From the NCBI GenBank assembly GCA_951406725.2, contig OX597825.1, positions 38,812,001 through 38,876,000 on the forward strand: a stretch of DNA of 64,000 bases, written 5' to 3'. The position numbers were made by a program, and so were the translations under genes. Positions 1 through 13,180 of this stretch are shown here, piece by piece. Numbering within the stretch: the stretch's first letter is position 1; each line of letters starts with the position of its first letter. The notes beneath the pieces are model-generated. The model ran no database searches and was not told the DNA's origin. It saw only the letters and a list, made by a program, of their open reading frames with translations. This DNA is from Octopus vulgaris. Its lineage: Eukaryota.

Positions 1-28
1 TGCCAATCTTAACATTTTGGCCGCAACT

Positions 29-41
29 GTATATATATATA

Positions 42-92
<51 letters not shown>
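29..92. repeat. (TA)n microsatellite
   Basis: Directly visible TA dinucleotide run with one C interruption. Confidence 0.95.
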
Positions 93-100
<8 letters not shown>

Positions 101-1477
101 CGGCTAAGTTCGTGATCCAAATAGGAAGACAAAGGAAGAACTTAGTACATCTTCAATGATCGGTTTCTGTTTCAGATTTGCTTACAACGCTAGTTAAGCC
201 AAAATTTCCAAGTGCAAATTTACGTCATATTTGCAATTTTAAACATTAGAATGACAATTGACGATGACAATAATTCATTGTGAAACTGGAGAAGTCGTCA
301 TCGGCATGTCCTAACGTTTAAAGTTTACTTTCCATGGACAGAACAAATATTTTCTACCACTTCCTTTGCTGAAAAGCTCTGATTGAGTTCATATACAGCA
401 TGCACTGTATGATAGATCTGATCGAAACTCAAACTCATTCGAAGAGGCTAAACAATGCGCATTTAATCCCTATGGTGTACAGTATTCTGCAAATAAAGAG
501 AGAAACATTGTCTAAAATCTGATGTTTATTTCACCGTCAATATTCAAGGAATACCCTCGAAGTAATCATGTCAGAAATCATGTTGAAGAATTTCTCTCCA
601 AATTAATACATGCAATTTTGATCTTTCTACTACATTTGCATCTCATTTCTTCTATGAAAAGCAATTAAATTTGTCTTAGTATACATGAGAAAGACACGTA
701 TGGTAACAAGACATAAGATTCTCCATTCAAATTTGTTTGTGTATTATATATTACACATACGAATGTATAAAACAGAAAAATATGTCGTATACTCAATACA
801 TTTATTTTAATATTTTTGCAAATAGATTATCTTATATTTCTTATTATATTTACATGTTATCTTTTATATCCCATTTAAATATGTGGGAGAGCATTTCAAT
901 ATTACTATTTAAATATCAATTATTTATCACGAAAAGGATTTAGTGTTTAAAAATCAGTACTAAAACAAAATAATAATGAAATGAAACGTTGAAGAGCTCA
1001 TTTTCTTAGATAGGTATAGGCAACAGTCTGGCAGTACACGTTAGTGATTCACACAAAGATGATAGAATGATAATTGGAAATAAATAAATAAAAGTTTCAT
1101 AACTAACAGAAAATATAAAATTACTTAGGGAGAAAATTGACAACAGCAGAATGAATATGTCTCAGACCATTGCAGTCACGAGGAATACACTTGATGAATT
1201 GTTCACATATACAGAAAAACGCAAAGGCGAACATTTAGCTGACAATAATTTGCATAAAATCAAACAAAACAAAATGAAGTGTAATAACTGAAATAAGTCA
1301 ATGGCGCCGTTAAGTTAAATGAAATTAAACGAAGAAAGAGCTGGCGTCTTGAAATTCCCTGAATGATTTCATATTAGTCTCAGTTTCTTCCACATTGATA
1401 ATGAAACATATAAACGGCAAGATTTCAATAAATATTTATTTCTTAACGAAATGAAACAATTTAGAATTCTATTTTAA

Positions 1478-1585
1478 ACATACATAAATAGTTACATACA
1501 TTCATACATACATACATACATATATACATACATACTTACATACATACTTACATACATACATACAGACATACTTACATACATATAT
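1478..1585. repeat. (TACA)n microsatellite, imperfect
   Basis: Directly visible; source of spurious ORF 1502..1699. Confidence 0.9.
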
Positions 1586-1619
1586 GCATGGAAAACATGA
1601 ACAATAGAAGGAATTGCAC

Positions 1620-1860
1620 ATGTCGAATGCTTGGCAGAGAGTACCGAGAATTTTATGGCAACCAACTTTGAATGCTACCTCGATACAATTCAAGGACAAG
1701 ATACCCTCACCAAATACCCAAGAGACTCGAGGCAGAAAACGTTGACAGACAACACATGTAGACTACGTAAGACGAAGATTGAAGACATCGACTATATTAC
1801 TGTCAACGGTTAGTGAATATCTTCCAGACATTATCTTCCTATGGGGCATGATGTGTGGCT
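1620..1860 (+). mobile_element. Decayed C-terminal fragment of an RLE-type (R2/R4-like) non-LTR retrotransposon
   Basis: ORF 1631..1813 reads FECYLDTIQGQDTLTKY...DNTCRLRKTKIEDIDYI, followed by RHYLPMGHDV; matches the recalled pattern EGYxxAIQEQ...CRLC...E.I.HI...Y..RHD of the zinc-knuckle region. Confidence 0.55.
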
Positions 1861-1997
1861 AGAAAAAGAAAATATCTACTGATGAATTTGACTGTTGACA
1901 CATTAAGCCAAACGACGATGCGAGTCAAATATATGCAAATCAGGATAGTCCTTGTAAGTATATAAAGAATTACTCGTCCTTATTGAATACATATATA

Positions 1998-2160
1998 GCC
2001 GCAGGCTTGGGTGCGAATAAAGAAGTATACTTCCCAACAACATGGTTGCTACTTCGGTCTCACGCCGTGGCAACTTTGGCATCTGTCTCCAGTATAGCAG
2101 CGGACGAACCGAAGCATTGTGAGTGGATTTTGCAGATGAAAACAAAGGGAAGTCAACCGT
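1998..2160 (+). mobile_element. Degenerate 5' half of SINE family A (tRNA-derived, CORE-like)
   Basis: gcaggcttgggtg...aacatggtt...gcattgtgagtggattttgcagatgaaaac aligns by eye to the SINE head at 5294. Confidence 0.65.
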
Positions 2161-2180
2161 ATATATATTAATCAATTTAT

Positions 2181-2410
2181 AAAGTTATGTATGAAAATAT
2201 ATACGAGGGGTAAACACCTACGTCTAAGACTCGCATACATATTAGGAGGAGACGCCAATGTCTAAGAACTACCCAAAATATCACTATAAAAATTACATGT
2301 TTTTATGGTGATAGGTTAGGTAGTTTCCAGATATTGGCATCTCCTTCTAGCATGTAAGCGACTCGTATACGCACGTATTTTCCCCTGATATATATTTTCC
2401 TATATTCTTT
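2181..2410. mobile_element. ~230-bp imperfect palindrome (foldback/MITE-like element)
   Basis: Left arm gaaaatatatacgaggggtaaacacctacg...ggagacgccaatgtct...tatcactataaaaa matches the reverse complement of the right arm (gaaaatatatatcaggggaaaatacgtgcg...ggagatgccaatatct...tatcaccataaaaa); centre near 2296. Confidence 0.8.
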
Positions 2411-2475
2411 GTGTGCGTATATATATATACGAATGCATTATACACCTTTTTCGTCTTTTGTTTTTTGTAAATGCC

Positions 2476-2516
<41 letters not shown>

Positions 2517-3039
2517 ATCACCCGAAACGCTAAGTTACGGGAACATAAACACACCAACATCTCTATGGTCCTGGGAGGCTAGAAAGATAGGGTATTTCTA
2601 AAGCAGCACTTAACCCGAATTTAGTCTATATACTCAGTAGGATACCAGACTAATATCGAAAGTAATGTATAGAAAATCCAGGCTCACATTCCGAGAAGCC
2701 CTTCTGTGGGTTTAGTAAAGCAAAATATAATGTAATCAAGAAGTCAAAAAACGACTTCAGCACATGTTTAATAATGAGTTAGAATTGTTACTTTCAACAC
2801 CTGTTCACGGTAATATTATTTATAGTCGGTCTTCTCCTTTGTATTTTTCTCTTTGTCTTCTTCACCGGCGTCCTCTGTTTAACAGATAATCGGTCTTATT
2901 CTCAGCTTGATAAATGGCAAAATAATTATTTCGGCCCAGGAAATCTGGGTGGCAGTATTTAACAAGATTTGTGTTGCTTTTTTGATATAACAATATATTT
3001 ACAGTTAGCTGATCGAGTGTTTGCTTGCTGAAGTATTAC

Positions 3040-3082
<43 letters not shown>

Positions 3083-3179
3083 ACACGTACACACACACAC
3101 ACACATTAATGAATAATAACAGACTATGAGTAATTGTCAGCTCATTACAACTGTTTCTTACACATCTTTTTAATAGAAG

Positions 3180-4030
3180 AATGAGAACATTACTCCATTC
3201 GAAACAACCCTAATCATCAGACGATACGAAAGTTTACAAACAAAAGAATATCCCAAGGCTACAGCAGGGACGTGGCTAAAGTCTGTCGAGATCAAGTATG
3301 ACATGGGAGAATGGTCTAACACTAAGAAAGTCTTATCCTTGTTTACGTCATTTCAAAATCAAAGTACTGGTTCCTTCAATTAGATATAAATGCATACAAT
3401 ACAAGTATATACCACGTACTTCTAAATGATGCTCTAGTTTAAGCAAGAAACATCACATCCAATACTAAAGATAAGATTGAAATTATTCTGTTAGCTAGAA
3501 GACCTATAATTTAATTTCAAGGTAGTACACGAGAAGCGAGTCCCGGACAATTTTGATACAGCCATCGTCGAGCGACCCGGCCGAGGTTACCAACATCGTA
3601 GGAATCTACAATGCTTTGCGAACACTTTCCTAGTTTTTTGTGGTTGTCTATATAGGGATAACGCTCTCTTTGTCTTATCCACAAATATCAAAGTTATACT
3701 AGAAAGAACACGCAAACACATTAGGAAATTCTACTGTAACATTAACCTAGACTTCGAACCAGGTACTAAAATAGTTAACTTAGACGTCTCGTTAAACTTA
3801 ATATCCCGATTATACTATCCCTATAGAAAACCAGATGAAATCACTAAACATGGTGGCAAATTCTCCAATCATACTTCCTCCATTATTAATTCTTTTACAA
3901 AGTGTATTTCAAGTAGAATTACGCAACTTCGGCGAAAGGATATTTTCAATATATACTCTCATTTTTAGAATTCAGCTCATTCTAACGCAGGATATAAACA
4001 GGAAATAGTATATGAAAACTCTGCCGCAAC
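3180..4030 (+). mobile_element. Penelope-like element reverse transcriptase relic
   Basis: Frameshifted translation gives WSNTKKVLSLF, FLQLDINAYNTSI (FDIxxFYPSI), AEVTNIVGIY (AEVCELVGLY), LYRDN (LYRDD), IVN-LDVSLNL...YPYRKPD...SNH, SNAGY, in the order expected for PLE RT. Confidence 0.85.
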
Positions 4031-4604
4031 TAGCTCATGTAATAGTAATGTAGTGGGGGTGCGGATGGTGATTGTACTGTATTAGCAATTGGACGTCTAA
4101 GTAAGAGAAATCTAAATGTTCTTACCACCCCGACTACTACAAATTCTGGCGAAATATTGGCCTAATAAAAGGAAGACTTCTCTTATTTCATAGTTGGCCT
4201 CGACAGACTTCAGCCAAGTCCCTGCTGTATTCTTGAGTTATACTTTGTTGGTAAAATTGGTTTCATATAATGATTCCGGTTTTTGCAATGGAGTAATGTT
4301 CTCATTCTTCTATTTAAAAAGATGTGTAAGAAACAGACGTAATGAACTGACAATTATCCATCGTCTGTTATTATTCATTTCATTATAATACACCAAGGGG
4401 ATTGACGACTTGTCGGACACCCTGTGCTGTGGACCAGTTCGTAGGCGGCAAATACTAATACGGGTTTCTCTGAATACACAACCGGAATATCCTATTTGAT
4501 ACATTACCCATCGTAGGTCATAGGCCGGAACCACGAGTTTATTCAACCCTACTTGGTTCATATCTTTTCAAGTACCTGATTCTATCAGAATCATTATTTT
4601 ACTC

Positions 4605-4618
4605 TCCCTCTCTCTCTT

Positions 4619-4688
<70 letters not shown>
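4605..4688. repeat. (TC)n(TA)n compound microsatellite
   Basis: Directly visible. Confidence 0.95.
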
Positions 4689-4691
<3 letters not shown>

Positions 4692-5124
4692 AGATTTACT
4701 AGAACAAAATTTCAAATGTTACCACATGGTATTTCTAAATCCACAGAAATAAGATGCGAGCTTAAACATATATAAACATATACACTAAAACAATAATACA
4801 ATATTTCGACTTGCCTATTCTCACTTGTTTCAAACATTTCAGACATCTATTTTATGAGTCATGTTATATTCGAATAAGCTGAGCGAGTTTTGCATGCTAA
4901 ATGCACGATGCATTTTAGTCTATTTAAATATGTGTGTTTGCTTTCAATTTGAAGTGTTAATCTATGAACTATCCCAAATAGTTATGGCTTTAAAACATAG
5001 TACGAATTGAAACGCCTATATATAATTCATCAACGTTTGTTTACTTTGATCTGAGAAACAAACCTCTGAGACATATTCAGGACACACACGCAAACACTTA
5101 CTCAGATACACAAGCACTCACATG

Positions 5125-5292
5125 TATATACGCATGTATGTATGTATGTATGTATGTATGTATGTATGTATGTATGTATGTATGTATGCATGTATGTATG
5201 TATGTATGTATGTATATATGCATGTATGTATGTATGTATGTATGTATGTATATATGCATGTATGTATGTATGTGTGTGTGAATGTATGTATG
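5125..5292. repeat. (TATG)n microsatellite
   Basis: Directly visible; source of several YIHT/MYVC pseudo-ORFs. Confidence 0.95.
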
Positions 5293-5293
5293 T

Positions 5294-5458
5294 GGCGTAG
5301 GAGTGGCTGTGTGGTAAGTAGCTTGCTTGCGAACCACATGGTTCTGGATTCAGTCCCACTGTGTGACACCTTGGGTAAGTGTCTTCTACTATAGCCTCGG
5401 ACCTACCAAAGCCTTATGAGTGGATTTGGGTGACGGAAACTGAAGGAAGCCCGTCGTA

Positions 5459-5511
<53 letters not shown>

Positions 5512-5650
5512 TTGTGTGTGAGTGTGTGTGTGTGTGCGTGTGTGTGTGCGTGTGTGTGTGTGTGCGTGTGTGTATGTTTGTGTGTCTGCTTTTGTCCCAT
5601 AAAATCGCTTCACAACCGATGCTGGCGTGTTTACGGCCCCGTAATGGTTA
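5294..5650 (+). mobile_element. SINE family A copy (tRNA-like head, CORE-like motif, internal (TA)n(TG)n, partial 3' half)
   Basis: ggcgtaggagtggctgtgtggtaag (A-box-like)...ggattcagtccc (B-box-like)...ccttgggtaagtgtc...ggaaactgaaggaagcccgtcg; same sequence recurs many times in the window; resembles octopus OR-type CORE-SINEs from memory. Confidence 0.85.
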
Positions 5651-6087
5651 CATACCTGATTCAAACTGCTGTGAAAGTACTGGTTAGTTACCTGTACAAG
5701 GAATATTGAACATTGCATTTAATACTCATCTGCAAGGTATCCATATGAACCGCTAAGCTACGGGAACATAAACAAAAACGCACCAGTTGCTAAGGAGTTG
5801 TCAGTACTAGTGCAAACATGAAATATTTCCTTTAAGTACGTTTAGGAGAAAAGTTTTTGTATACGTTTATAGAAGCTCCTAATAATGCAAACTTGTAAAA
5901 GCACAATAATGCAGCTGTACCGGGCTGTGCCGATATAATGTAGGATAAATATATTTATAAAAATACATTTATATATAAAAATAATCGATGGATGGAATTT
6001 TAAAATTTGTTAAATCATTGCTACGCGCATTACCACCACAGGAAAGACAGACACACACGCAGGCACACGCACACATATAGTAGATAC

Positions 6088-6115
6088 ATGTGTGTGTGTT
6101 TGTGTGTATGTATAC

Positions 6116-6149
<34 letters not shown>

Positions 6150-6187
6150 TATATGTATATATGTATATATGCATGTATGCATACACA

Positions 6188-6235
<48 letters not shown>

Positions 6236-6245
6236 CATATGTATA

Positions 6246-6292
<47 letters not shown>

Positions 6293-6293
6293 C

Positions 6294-6366
<73 letters not shown>

Positions 6367-6392
6367 CATACATACACAAACACACACACATA
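6088..6392. repeat. Complex (TA)n/(TG)n microsatellite field
   Basis: Directly visible. Confidence 0.95.
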
Positions 6393-6943
6393 ATTCATTG
6401 CCACATATATAACTATAGCGTTACTTAAAACTGTATGCATAAGTATCTGAAGGAGTGCTAGCAATGTGAATTCATTGGCATTTATTTCATTTTTTTTTTT
6501 TGACTGATGGATGGATATATCTATGAAAAATGATTAACCAATGTATGTAGAGGAAAGTGTGTAAGCTATGTTGTGAGATTCTTATCTGTGGGTTGAAACA
6601 AATATGAAAAAAATTCAGTGTCCCAATGCGTATAAGTTTCTGAGTAAAGGAGGATGAGGCAATGCTGAAGTTAATGATAAGACGGGAAATGGAAAATGCG
6701 ATGATGCGGCAATATACAAATTTGGAGACTGAAGCGATCAAACTTTCAAATGCACAAACACAGGCTGATGTATGTGTGTTCATGTAATTATGTGTGTGTG
6801 GGAATGTGTGTTCCTATGTACGATTTTCTAGAAACATATATGCAAAATTACATACTCACAGTAACACCAACCACACGCCAATATACGCACCGCTTTCTAT
6901 TTTCCTTTATCTATCACATTCTCTCGCTCTCTCTCTCCCTGTT

Positions 6944-6977
<34 letters not shown>

Positions 6978-6978
6978 G

Positions 6979-7015
<37 letters not shown>

Positions 7016-7071
7016 TGTATGTAGGATATTATGTGTATATATGTATGTGTATATATGTCTATATATACATA

Positions 7072-7586
7072 TCTATATATATATAAAACTGTAGTTGTGT
7101 GAGTGTCTGTCCCCTTCGATTTAGATTCCTAGCTACTTCCACATTTTGCGGTGCAGTTTAACCAAATTCGGGTATCTTATAGTCGTGATTCACATCGAGC
7201 CCGTCTGAGTAATAGCGCGCGTCTACGATGAGACTACGATTTTAAAAATAATTTAACATCATTTTTTATTCCATTTTAATGCATAATTTTTCGTGTGTCG
7301 ATGGCGGCGAAGTTGGCATCCATGGTCACACCTGCACCTGTTTACTTCTCCCCCTTCTTCCCTCCCTCGTGAAGCTGTGGGGAAGGGAGTGTAAGGAAAT
7401 CAACGTCGTAAAGCATTGTCAAGGAGACCAGCGTTCTTTTAGAACAACGATTTCATGGCTTGAAGACACCAAAACAGAAATGGCTAAGAAAGCCCGAATT
7501 GGCATCTATAAGGGAAGTAACTCTCTAAAAATGCTTATATAGTTATTTCCCTTACAAACCCGAGCAACGCCGGGCGATACTGCTAG
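7072..7586 (+). mobile_element. Non-autonomous Helitron family 1, copy 1
   Basis: 5' TCTATATATATATAAAA after an A; 3' GC-rich hairpin cccgagcaacgccggg then CTAG at 7583-7586. Confidence 0.85.
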
Positions 7587-7985
7587 TTTATATATAAAAG
7601 TGAAGTTGTGCGTCTGTCTCCTACGATTTAGATTCCTAACTACTCCCACATTTTGCGGTGCAGTTTAACCAAAAGCGGGTATCTTATAGTCGTGATTCAT
7701 ATCGAGCCCTTCTGGGTATTAGCGCGCGTCTACAATGAGTCTACGATTTAAAAAAAAAATTAACATCATTTTTTTCCATTTTAATGCATTTTCTTTTCGC
7801 TATTATATCAGGGAAGTAACTCTCTAAAAATGTCTACGACGAATCAACGATTTAAAAAAAAAATTACCATCATTTTCTTTCCATTTTTAATGCATCTATT
7901 TGCTATATTTTGGCTATAACTCTCTAAAAATGCTTATATAGTTATTTCCCTTACAAACCCGAGCAACGCCGGGCGATACTCCTAG
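7587..7985 (+). mobile_element. Non-autonomous Helitron family 1, copy 2 (head-to-tail with copy 1)
   Basis: Starts tttatatataaaagtgaagttgtg, ~200 bp near-identical to copy 1 5' end; same hairpin and CTAG at 7982-7985 followed by T. Confidence 0.85.
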
Positions 7986-8038
<53 letters not shown>

Positions 8039-8045
8039 GTGTGTG

Positions 8046-8330
8046 TATAGTAAAATCCCAAAACGAGGAACAAAGAACAACAACAAAAAACAGCTGGAGG
8101 ACGTGGAACGTGCAAAGTATTAGCAAACGCTCAGGGAAGGAAAGAAAGGTGGTTTTACGTTTCGAGCAAAGCTCTTCGTCAGAAATAGGAGCCAGAGGAA
8201 ACGTTCAAGAGAATAGGAAGGAGAAAAAAAAACTCCAACGATCCACATATGGTTACATTTTCAAAGGGCCGGAAGGGAATGGGTGAAGAAAGAGTTCTTT
8301 CTAAGAACGAAGAGTGTAAAAGAAGGACTT
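8046..8330 (-). mobile_element. Penelope-type terminal repeat fragment carrying a hammerhead-like motif
   Basis: Homologous to 19500-19760 (-) and 23540-23730 (+), both of which lie next to GIY-YIG-like remnants. Confidence 0.6.
8124..8186 (-). ncRNA. Hammerhead ribozyme-like motif (type I, partly degenerate)
   Basis: Minus strand reads tttCTGACGA-a-GAGC ttt GCTC-GAAACG-[pyrimidine-rich loop]-CGTT; core boxes and stem II intact, stem I mismatched. Confidence 0.6.
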
Positions 8331-8813
8331 ATCTGTGTGCTTGTGTGGTTATGTGCGTGCGCGCAAGTCTGTGTGTGTAATAGTATGTGTGCATGTGTGT
8401 GTGTGTGTGCATGTGTGTTTGTGTGGGTGTGTGTGGGTGTGTTGTGCGGTGTTTGTGTGGTGTGGGATGTTTATATGTGTATGTGTCAGTGAACAAGAAT
8501 TCAACATTTGACATACGAAATTTTATTAAAAACTTTCAGAGTAAACCGTGTTCTACGTGAGAAATTTTACCAGTATCCGAAGTTTCAAACTGTTAAAGAA
8601 AATAATTTAAAAATCTGTGATTGAGATGGAATATATCTTGTAATTGCATGCGTTTTCGCTTCTCGTTGAGTTCTACATCTAGTTGTGGTGTCCTGTACTC
8701 ACGTATATACATTTATATATGCATGTATATATACATGTAGATGTAGGTACGTACATATATGTTTGTATGTATGCATATATTTTATTTATTACACTATATA
8801 TATATATATATAT

Positions 8814-8868
<55 letters not shown>

Positions 8869-8885
8869 ATTGGGATTTTACTATA

Positions 8886-8941
<56 letters not shown>

Positions 8942-8962
8942 GATATATATATATCTATACAC

Positions 8963-9317
8963 GAGTGGCTTTGTGGTGATTAGCTTGCTTACCAACCACA
9001 TGGTTCCAGGTTCAGTCCCACTGCATGGCACTTTGGGCAAGTGTCTTCTTCTATAACCTCAGTCCGACGAGCGGATTTTGTAGACGGAAACTGAAGGAAG
9101 TCCGTCGTATGTATACTCTTTTACTCTTTTACTTGTTTCAGTCATTTGACTGCGGCCATGCTGGAGCACCGCCTTTAGTCGAGCAAATCGACCACGGGAT
9201 TTTGTTGTAAGCCCAGTACTTATTCTATCGGTCTGATTTGCCGAACCGCTAAGTGACGGGGACGTAAACACATCAGCATCGGTTGTCAAGCAATGCTAGG
9301 GGGACAAACACGGACAT

Positions 9318-9359
<42 letters not shown>

Positions 9360-9542
9360 GACAGGCTTCTTTTAGTTTCCGTCTACCAAATCCACTCACA
9401 AGGCATTGGACGGCCCGGGGCTATAGCAGAAGACACTTGCCCAAGATGCCATGCAGTGGGACTGAACCCGGAACCATGTGGCTGGTTAGCAAGCTACTTA
9501 CCACACAGCCACTCCTGCGCCTATATATATATAATATATATA

Positions 9543-9602
<60 letters not shown>

Positions 9603-9820
9603 TGTGTGTGTGTTTGCGTGTCTGTTTTTGTCTTCCCAACATTGCTTGACAACCGATGCTGGTGTGTTTACGTCCCTGTCAACTAGCGGTTTGGGAAGAG
9701 TTGCCGATAGAATAACTACGAGGCTTACAAAGAATTAGTCCTGGGGTCGATTTCCTCGATTAAAGGCGTTGCTCCAGCATAGCCGCTGTCAAATGACTGA
9801 AACAAATAAAAGAAAAAAAG
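8963..9820 (+). mobile_element. SINE family A host copy (head 8963-9110, 3' half ~9620-9820), split by a nested copy
   Basis: Head ends gaagtccgtcgtatgtata; 3' half (tgcttgacaaccgatgctgg...aaatgactgaaacaaataaaag) resumes after the insert and microsatellite. Confidence 0.85.
9116..9521 (-). mobile_element. Full-length SINE family A, nested antisense
   Basis: Reverse complement has complete head (ggcgcaggagtggctgtgtggtaagtagc), internal (TA)n and tail ending aagtaaaagagtaaaagag. Confidence 0.9.
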
Positions 9821-10487
9821 GAAAGATAGATAGATAACTATGAGACTTCTGTAACATATTGGTATTAAGTGCTCCGAGATTAACCATTGCTGTTATTGGT
9901 ACCCGAGGCCAAAGTTGTTTGTCCACGCTGCCTCACAAAGAGGCTGAACTCAAAAACACGTGTTTGCTAAACGAGCTTCACGACGTAACGATTCATGCAC
10001 CACTGTAGTAATATACTATTTATATTAAGACGAGTAATGACTTGTATTAATATATTAGCATATACTAAATCTGTGTTGCATGCGCGTATCGGAAAGTGTG
10101 TGTGTGTGTTACATTAATGCATATATATCGTCTATAAGCGCGTGTAGTATATGCACATGTTTAGCATGCCAATTTTTATGTATTGATATAATGTTATATA
10201 TGAATAAATCCACAATGTTGGTAATCTCACTTTTCTTCTGTGTCTGTGTGCTTGATGGTTTTTGTGACATATGAATGCGTGGGTGTTGCACACCAGCTGA
10301 GCATGTGTGAAAGAGTATACCAACTTAGTTTGTATTTACGTTAATATGTGCATACGTAATTTTTGCTCTAGGATATAAGTTCATATGTACGCTTAAAGAA
10401 ATTATACTTTTGAATGTAATCTGGGAGAAACCCTCATATCAATGCTTGCGGGTGCAAAGGCGAAAAGACTCGTTGGAAGTAGCGGCT

Positions 10488-10820
<333 letters not shown>

Positions 10821-11230
10821 CACACTTACGTACCTTCGTACATTCATGAATAGGTGCGTACATGCATACGTACACATATCTACATATATTTATATATCCA
10901 ATGGTTCTGCAATGTTTGAAAACGTTACACTCATAGCTACACAATTACAACTCATTTTAAGAAAAGGAAGGACGTACGTTCTAGTTGTGATATACAATGT
11001 GGAATTAAACTTTTTGCTCGTTACCTACGGTCTATGATTACACGTCTGCTCGAGTAGATCTGGCCAACGTTTAAACAACAAGTACTGCAACTCTGTGTCC
11101 TATTTCTGTTCAAATTATACTACATAATTATTGTTTTCCTTTGTTTCATATGTTCATATTATGTATTGGTATTTACGCATAAGTGTATGCACAAACAAAT
11201 ATACAAAGGTATATATATATATATATATAT

Positions 11231-11314
<84 letters not shown>

Positions 11315-12133
11315 GTAGTTATTTAAATATTTCATTTTAATTCAGATGGGTTTTTTTTAATAGAAAAATTTATTGAATATTTTAGCATGTTATGTTTAAA
11401 TTTCCCATTAATACTGCTGCGTTTGTCTATCCTCCGCAAGACAGTGTCTCTCTGAGTATAGTAGTAATGGTACTGTTGAACAGATGCATAGATGCAGAAA
11501 TAAGTGATTATTTCTGTGGCTGCCTATCTACATCTGATCGTGTTTGTTTGAGTGTGTGTGTGTATCTATGTGTATGTATATATGCATGCATATACGTATC
11601 TCAGTGTATGCATATGTGCGTGTTTATGTGAATGTGCGAGTGTTAGCGTGCTTGCATTTCAAATTGTGAATATGACATGCTAGCATGTATTGCCAAGTAT
11701 CTGCGCTACTTGCTATATCTTACGGATGTAAAATAATGCAAAAATGTACGGCCCAGAGTAGATGCTTGACGAAAATGCCTTCAGCAGTGAACAACTTATG
11801 ACAAAAGCATTCATAGGACATTTTATTATTATTATTATTATTCGCATTCGCGGATTTAACATTTCATATAGTGAACAAAGTGGAATGTATATATACATAC
11901 CCACACACATACGCATACGCACACGCACGCGCACACACGTACACACACATATGAATAAGTATAAATACAAACACACATACAGACACACATACATACGTGT
12001 ATGTGGTTGTTTGTATGTGTGTGCAAAAGATACAACCTTGTATGTAAAGAGTGTATAGCGAATAACTACTGCACTACATGCATACATTTATGTATGTACG
12101 TATGTATGCATGTGGAGTATGTATATATGTCAT

Positions 12134-12170
<37 letters not shown>

Positions 12171-12246
12171 ATCTATCTATCTATATCTATCTATCTATCT
12201 ATATATATATATATATATATATATACATAATTAGATGCACACATGC

Positions 12247-12277
<31 letters not shown>

Positions 12278-12969
12278 CGCGCATACACACTCACATACTC
12301 AGACACACATACACATACACACACATGAACACACACGCACACACACACACAATCACACAAATTGTTGACCTGATGTCTACAAGAGATATGGAATCGTGTT
12401 CCACGTGCACCCTTTAAGTATTTCTATCGGAAAGAAATTTCTTTTTTCAACCCAATACCTACATGATATTGCTACAGTTTTATATGTACTTCGAGATCAA
12501 ACTCCCAAAATTATATATGCATATCTGTGCGTGGGTGTGTGGGTGTGTGTGCGTGTGTGCGTGCGTGTGTGCTTGGTACTAGTGTGCAGGCTTTGGCTTG
12601 TGTGTAGATGTATATGTGGATTTATAAATGTAAGTATGTATATGGGTGCATATCTGAATATACTGCATTTTGTATGTATACATCTCTATAACTCTGCGTG
12701 TATTAAAATTGTTTATGTATTTTCGTATTTGCACATTTTTGTTATATTAATTATTTATACAACTGTGTATCTTAATATCTGTTAGAGGAATAGAACTTAT
12801 ACAGACTAAGAACGACACGCGACCTGACAGAAATAGCAAAAATACGCCCCTCAAATTTCACTGGGCCTTACTCAATGGTACAATTTTAAATATTAATTAA
12901 TGAGGTTGGGCAATGACATTTGTTATGTCTTTGATCGGGTCAGACATAAGGGTGAAAAGTTAATTGCTC

Positions 12970-13180
12970 AAATTTTAACTTAAGGACAGAAGCTTTGACG
13001 GGTATCTAACAAGTTAATAACATGAATCCCAGTGCATGTGTGGTTCTTTATTCCTTCGAACCCGAAAGGATGAAAGGGGATGTAGATCTCGGCGAGATTT
13101 GAACACAGAACGTAAAGACGCAGAAGAAAAGACGTGGTTGAAATGACATTATTTTGCCCGACGCGTTAAGAAGTTGCGCC
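12970..13180 (-). mobile_element. Degenerate SINE family B
   Basis: cgaacccgaaaggatgaaagg...ctcggcgagatttgaacacagaacg is the reverse complement of the family B core seen at 31043. Confidence 0.65.

Noticed and set aside
150-310. Minus-strand CCGATGA ... GAAACCGATC as a long-stem hammerhead
   Set aside because: Both boxes are mutated and no stem II closes next to them.
5294-5365. tRNA-like A/B boxes here and at other SINE heads
   Set aside because: No complete cloverleaf; each continues into SINE body sequence.
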